Below are positions 14,901 through 18,304 of a stretch of 18,304 bases of DNA, one piece after another. Below the pieces are notes generated by a model. It saw only the letters and a program-made list of their open reading frames with translations, had not been told where the DNA came from and did not search any database. This DNA is from Candidatus Heimdallarchaeota archaeon (GTDB lineage: Archaea > Asgardarchaeota > Heimdallarchaeia > Heimdallarchaeales > Heimdallarchaeaceae). The translations under genes and the position numbers were made by a program. Every line of letters begins with the position of its first letter. Positions within the stretch are counted from its first letter, which is position 1. The DNA lies in NCBI GenBank assembly GCA_018238545.1, contig JABCTC010000058.1:1-18304 (forward strand). The letters are read 5' to 3'.

Positions 14901-16381
14901 ATTTGTGATTCACTTGATTGAGTTGTTTCTATAGTTGTAGAAGTTTGAAAAAGGAGTGATTCATAATCGAAATATACTGTAGCTGTTGTAGCTGAAACAT
15001 AAAATTGAAAGTTTCTTCCAGAGTCATCATCGATAATTTGCATATAAAATTGTAAGTTTTGCCATCGATCGATTATCGTATCATCAAAGTATTCATAGTT
15101 CCAAGCTGTACCATTCCACCAAGCTATTGAAACTGTTTCAGCTCCGCCAGAGATAGAATCAATATAAGCCCAGCAGGAGACATAATAATAATCGTTAGGT
15201 AAAAGAACATAAGAAATACCGTAAGTTCCTGCACTTTGAATAGTTTTAAGACTAGAATAACCAGCAAAAGCTTGCTCTGTTGATGTTTCAAAAGTTTCGA
15301 AAGGATTAGAAGCCCAATTTGTATAAATGTCTGTACTTCCTTCAAAACCAACATCCGTAAGAAAATCCGTTGAAGCGTCTTTTATTGCTAAATGATTAGA
15401 GCAATTTGAAGTGAATAAAACGGAATAGGTTGAAGGAATTGTGTTTGTAATAGTTAAATCATTACTTACAAAAGATGTAGTTGCAGTAGGAGTAATTGAA
15501 CTATAACCCCAGATCTCAGAAAGATTCAATGCTACAGTTGTTTCAAAAACAGGATTATAAAAATCGACTTTACCTAGTTTAGTTGTTGGAGAAGTATATT
15601 TTATTTGCATTCTAGCATTTTCTGTTATTTCATCTGCTTGATTATAAAAATAGTAAATATCCAAAGCTCCATCAAGATGATGTGAAGTGAATGTTCCTCC
15701 TGCGGTATTACTTGTCAGACCTGATGCAAGAGTAACCCAAGTTCCGTCAATATTCATTACTGCAATTGATAAAGTAAAATGCACCCACTGACTAGCACTA
15801 ATATAATACTGCTGTGATGTGATTTGAAAGAAGGCTTTACCATCTGATTGAATATAAGCAGAACTTAAAGCAAATGAACTCTCATGAGTAGAACCTGATA
15901 ACCAGCCTGTAACTTTTCTAGCTGAGGAACTGATTTTATAAAATGTTGTTCCAACCCTTGCTACATCGATAGCAAAAAAGACATAAACTTTTGTTTCATC
16001 GTCATTATCTTTATTGAATGCCTGAAAACTAGTATATGAAGCATAATTCCGAAAACCAGAATAAGAATCTTGTCCAGTCTCTGAATCTAAAGAAATCGTT
16101 ATAGTATCAAATTGATAATTTGCTTTAGCAAAACTAATTGTAGTATCTACTGTTTCGCCTAGATACCAGGTATTGTAGTCAATAACAGAGCTTGTTGTAG
16201 GAGATTCATTAACAGAATCATCAATAAATTTAGAATCAGTTATTTGTTCAGTTATTTGCTTTTCTTCTTGTAGATCTGTTAAAACAGTAGTATTTTCAGG
16301 ATTGAAGTAAAACATTGATCCTAAGAACAGCAATGTCATAATCAGTATAAATTTGTTGAGTTGTTTAGTGTAGTTTTTCAT
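11993..16381 (-). CDS. Giant membrane-anchored adhesin/spike glycoprotein with two CBM-like jelly-roll domains and about five Ig-like repeats
   Basis: 1462 aa, Thr/Ser/Tyr/Asp-rich, with N-terminal signal/TM and C-terminal TM (WFYIALVLLLIVLLISY). CBM4/9-like GFE...W...AFAGYSSLK...YYVSCW...W...YFD. Internal ~85-aa repeats. AGGTGA RBS. Confidence 0.85.
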   Translation of the reverse strand: MKNYTKQLNKFILIMTLLFLGSMFYFNPENTTVLTDLQEEKQITEQITDSKFIDDSVNESPTTSSVIDYNTWYLGETVDTTISFAKANYQFDTITISLDSETGQDSYSGFRNYASYTSFQAFNKDNDDETKVYVFFAIDVARVGTTFYKISSSARKVTGWLSGSTHESSFALSSAYIQSDGKAFFQITSQQYYISASQWVHFTLSIAVMNIDGTWVTLASGLTSNTAGGTFTSHHLDGALDIYYFYNQADEITENARMQIKYTSPTTKLGKVDFYNPVFETTVALNLSEIWGYSSITPTATTSFVSNDLTITNTIPSTYSVLFTSNCSNHLAIKDASTDFLTDVGFEGSTDIYTNWASNPFETFETSTEQAFAGYSSLKTIQSAGTYGISYVLLPNDYYYVSCWAYIDSISGGAETVSIAWWNGTAWNYEYFDDTIIDRWQNLQFYMQIIDDDSGRNFQFYVSATTATVYFDYESLLFQTSTTIETTQSSESQIDFDGVVADGYKFTQDSFRDYQVELWDRTAQTLEHSYSVTTDEFGHGTVIHPYAFEQKEYEVRVFTYDNWFGDYAETVLNDRWDFEEDLDGFVPTSDARSSLSQTTDEGEGVLFQNVSGSYDWWWMGIQGIDNGGSITIDADIYTTIIFSFKTATTGDEHEIFVIDDGADGTPNILSSGVIDASNYCYGNGEYIYLQIHLSLMTWSTGDWSGSQTEGFRIRTEREDETVPGADEDEYYKSIKLVSGGFYSKFYFTPSTFSETPTLIETDTSFYLSSTNNTNQYEIYLDSNYLGVYSDLQTILKNNTVGSHNLTYVLFSAGEETAYLSSTYEYLYTVEATAFSVSVENFYLSDLYVSTYVTSNYNGQYYVYKDNTPDGSGTLSAIGTTISTSRDLTVGVTINYAIKFVNDTSTIWFNTTYSNPSQDFFITDYRINTTAPNIIITWDTSKNTIDSLTAIEDDVEKVTDDPTSTTSWTKSTEVGTHYVTLIFSVTNFDDIIYSFTYTVAAIEEFQVDVENVYPSDDYLSIYCTSNYDYSYETYTNGTPSGSGNGLSVGTFIIIPKETTAGIFNLTVAFVYGAETVLFMTWYSNLIPPPEPNTDIYREQSEGFFNISFITNLDHFWIDIYHDSVLIVDDSTLTAFSIAKDTLIGWHNVSLILIYNCTTNSDGYPVAEYNETVTYPLFWYETVLFYDCQIRYTEKIYGIAVPEIDVDSVLTYLNGVLVDTLNYTSVIQEHSNYSYILNNRLWIHNSARNHRLVVRDLFDNLIYNVSIDIGIIQSMTIELPLEKLYVINLDNDDRMIKIRPYLSGLDWDTDADDLITMILGQYESKSYWVIDSTYECRIYKKVESVSDGVTLWYWLHDPNVEPPPERVPFSITIPLVTDDDDDGEKTWWDKVVDFFVQYWFYIALVLLLIVLLISYNAIGNAIVKKLEKTIREGKKPSLFAETFLQLLWSSKYDRLVGYKRGKQK

Positions 16382-16385
16382 TTTT

Positions 16386-16796
16386 TCACCTTATTTTAAT
16401 TTTGACCTGAACACACTTGGAAGACCTATAAAGGCTGAAATAACAAAATATCCCCCTAGCACAGGAATTAACATGTATTGTTACTATTAAGTCAGAAGCT
16501 GATGTTGCAGAAACCCAGTAGATAACAAAAACAATTATGGAAACAATACCTGCTAGCATAATAGCTAAAGTTCTATTGAATTTTGAGACAAAAGATAAAG
16601 CTAAAACTGGTAGAGAATACAACATTCCGAGTAATAAAATAACTTCGCCCCAATTGACTATAGCTAATTTTTCAATTATAATATCATAGCGACCAATAGT
16701 GATAACAGCAATGCCGATAATGCCGATACAATACAAAAACGAATAGAAATAGACGTTTTTACCAACAGTTTTAGCTCCTGAAGTGATTCTACCCAT
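16386..16796 (-). CDS. Multi-pass membrane protein
   Basis: Start reassigned to 16796 (MGRITSG; GAGGGG RBS, 8-bp overlap with the upstream gene). 136 aa with three or more TM segments. Confidence 0.75.
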   Translation of the reverse strand: MGRITSGAKTVGKNVYFYSFLYCIGIIGIAVITIGRYDIIIEKLAIVNWGEVILLLGMLYSLPVLALSFVSKFNRTLAIMLAGIVSIIVFVIYWVSATSASDLIVTIHVNSCARGIFCYFSLYRSSKCVQVKIKIR

Positions 16797-17022
16797 TTTT
16801 CTTATCCCCTCTTTTAGCTCCAAACTTCCAACCTTTCTTAGCAAGAAAGATGAGCAAGATAACGAAAGAAGCATAAATAACTCCCATGAGAAGATTACCT
16901 GCAGCAACCGAAAAAACAATTAGAAGAACAGGATAAAGAATACCTACAACAACAGCAGAGCTTATACCTATTTTTTTCTTCTTGGACCAATCAGACATTC
17001 CACGTAAATTCACTTTAACCAT
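16789..17022 (-). CDS. Small two-TM protein with basic termini; candidate virion structural protein
   Basis: 77 aa hydrophobic hairpin flanked by KKKK and KKGWK...KRGDKK. Confidence 0.75.
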   Translation of the reverse strand: MVKVNLRGMSDWSKKKKIGISSAVVVGILYPVLLIVFSVAAGNLLMGVIYASFVILLIFLAKKGWKFGAKRGDKKNG

Positions 17023-17024
17023 AA

Positions 17025-17690
17025 TTAAGCACCATCACCAGGACTTCCTCCTCGTTCAGGCCATTCAAACCATTCGAGATAGAGAAATTCAGTACTCCAA
17101 CTAGGAGCTGATAACATCATAACATCTTCCCAAAACATTACAGAAGGAACTTTAATCGTTCTAATTAAATTACTGTTAATTTTTTCAACAATATCTACAA
17201 ACCAATCTTTTGATAAGATAACAATATCGCCAGGCCATGAAGTTATACTTCCACCTATGCCGAGATTGTAGGCACATATAGAGACAGCATTATCAGCTAT
17301 CTCCCTACTTTCATTAACTATAAATAAATTGAAAACAAGACACAATAAATTGAAAAATAAATCACCGCCTTCCATAACCCCTTCTACAAGAAGGAAAAGC
17401 AATAAACCGAAAAACGATTTAAATAAATCAATAATAAAACCAAATCCAAAACCAGAAGAAAAAGGATCGGGTATAGAAGCAATCATTAAACTTAATGGAT
17501 AAATAAGCAGAGCTGAAACAATAAGTTTCAATATTCCTACAATAAAAGAAAGAGCCCAAAAAACAATCTGAATAATGCCCCAAATAAAAATACTATTATT
17601 ATGAAAAGCAAACACTTGCAAAAAATCTAATAAAACGAGAAAAATAACGGGGAATGCAAATCCCCAAAAAATCTTTTGTCCGAAAGCCAT
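17025..17690 (-). CDS. Multi-pass membrane protein
   Basis: 221 aa, very hydrophobic (about 4-5 TM segments), tightly packed in the operon. Confidence 0.78.
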   Translation of the reverse strand: MAFGQKIFWGFAFPVIFLVLLDFLQVFAFHNNSIFIWGIIQIVFWALSFIVGILKLIVSALLIYPLSLMIASIPDPFSSGFGFGFIIDLFKSFFGLLLFLLVEGVMEGGDLFFNLLCLVFNLFIVNESREIADNAVSICAYNLGIGGSITSWPGDIVILSKDWFVDIVEKINSNLIRTIKVPSVMFWEDVMMLSAPSWSTEFLYLEWFEWPERGGSPGDGA

Positions 17691-17694
17691 TTTT

Positions 17695-18006
17695 TCACGC
17701 CCAAGGAGCTATTGGCATTTCAAAATTCATGAAGCCACTTGTCCATGAACCGATTAATAACCAAGTGATCCACTGGAAAATGTACCAAGCGTAAGGAAAC
17801 CACGCTTCCATGAATGAGAAAGCAGCGTCTAAAACTAGTGAAGTTTGAGCTACTGTAAAAGGTTCCCAGTTTCCACCAAAGATGGCTACTATGCCAGCTC
17901 CAGCAGAACCAATAATCCATGTTGCTATGAATATTCCAACGAAACCAAGCACGAAACCAAATATGATCTTAAACACAAAACCAACTATCATATCTAACGG
18001 ATTCAT
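17695..18006 (-). CDS. Small hydrophobic membrane protein; candidate virion structural protein
   Basis: 103 aa, Gly/Phe/Trp-rich with two long hydrophobic segments. ATGA overlap with the upstream gene. Confidence 0.75.
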   Translation of the reverse strand: MNPLDMIVGFVFKIIFGFVLGFVGIFIATWIIGSAGAGIVAIFGGNWEPFTVAQTSLVLDAAFSFMEAWFPYAWYIFQWITWLLIGSWTSGFMNFEMPIAPWA

Positions 18007-18185
18007 CTAGGTCGCACCTTCCTGAATATCAAATAGCCTATCAAACCGACTACAACCACGCCCCAAATTGTTGCTGTAAGCCAGAAACCTACCCACTGTC
18101 CTAGAAAGTTACTTAAAACAAATAGAACAATGAATATGATTAAAGCTACTACAAACAAAGTGCGGTTTTCTTTTATTTTTGCCAT
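18003..18185 (-). CDS. Small two-TM protein
   Basis: 60 aa with two TM helices and basic ends. AGGTGA RBS 6 nt upstream. Confidence 0.78.
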   Translation of the reverse strand: MAKIKENRTLFVVALIIFIVLFVLSNFLGQWVGFWLTATIWGVVVVGLIGYLIFRKVRPR

Positions 18186-18220
18186 TTTCTTTCACCTTAT
18201 CCTATAGAAAAAGAAAACAG

Positions 18221-18304
18221 TTAGAATATTGAACTAACTGGGAATCCTAAGAACATCACTATTGCCATTACACCAGCAGCAATACCAAATGCTTTCCAGA
18301 ATGC
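18221..18304 (-). CDS. 3' end of a hydrophobic protein (partial, runs off the window)
   Basis: Open frame ...AFWKAFGIAAGVMAIVMFLGFPVSSIF*, followed by a T-rich tract (CTGTTTTCTTTTTCT). Confidence 0.6.
   Translation of the reverse strand, partial: AFWKAFGIAAGVMAIVMFLGFPVSSIF

Larger units (their letters stand above)
1..18304. mobile_element. Segment of a putative archaeal enveloped (spindle-shaped/pleomorphic-like) virus or provirus carrying accessory ibrAB and type IV-B cas modules; element ends not visible
   Basis: No housekeeping genes. A long co-oriented operon encodes small hydrophobic proteins, a giant adhesin and a Zot/pI-like ATPase. Type IV-B cas and ibrAB are typically MGE-borne. 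Archaeal transcription and translation signals are present. No integrase, att site or replication gene is seen in the window. Confidence 0.75.

Noticed and set aside
11993-16381. Host S-layer protein or diversity-generating retroelement target
   Set aside because: Embedded in a virus-like operon. No reverse transcriptase and no near-identical TR/VR nucleotide repeat pair were seen.
7101-17920. Short alternative-frame or antisense ORFs (7101-7325, 8303-8506, 8755-8964, 9158-9343, 11114-11308, 11935-12126, 13454-13723, 15124-15354, 17720-17920)
   Set aside because: They lie almost wholly within longer, coupled genes and show no motifs or convincing start signals.

Overview
AT-rich archaeal mobile DNA, most likely part of an enveloped, non-tailed (pro)virus. 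TATA/BRE promoters, GGTGA-type ribosome-binding sites and oligo-T terminators indicate an archaeal host. An Asgard-like host is plausible but cannot be shown from the sequence. There are four blocks. (1) 1-2182 (+): two small expression cassettes that share a promoter/start motif and end in an identical 41-bp element. One gene encodes a small, sequon-rich surface protein that resembles a single domain of the element's own giant spike. (2) 2374-4495 (+): a small ORF plus an ibrA/ibrB (ybdN/ybdM-like) pair, i.e. a PAPS-reductase/DUF3440 protein and a ParB/Srx protein. (3) 4503-7864 (-): a complete type IV-B CRISPR-Cas effector operon (csf1-cas11-csf2-csf3-cysH) with no array, cas6 or cas1/2 in the window, lying tail-to-tail with ibrAB across 7 bp. 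(4) 8028-18304 (-): a tightly coupled morphogenesis-like operon with many small membrane proteins, a 1462-aa membrane-anchored adhesin (two CBM-like and about five Ig-like domains), and a Zot/pI-like ATPase fused to an HTH and a PD-(D/E)XK nuclease motif. All family calls come from motif recognition by eye; no database searches were run.
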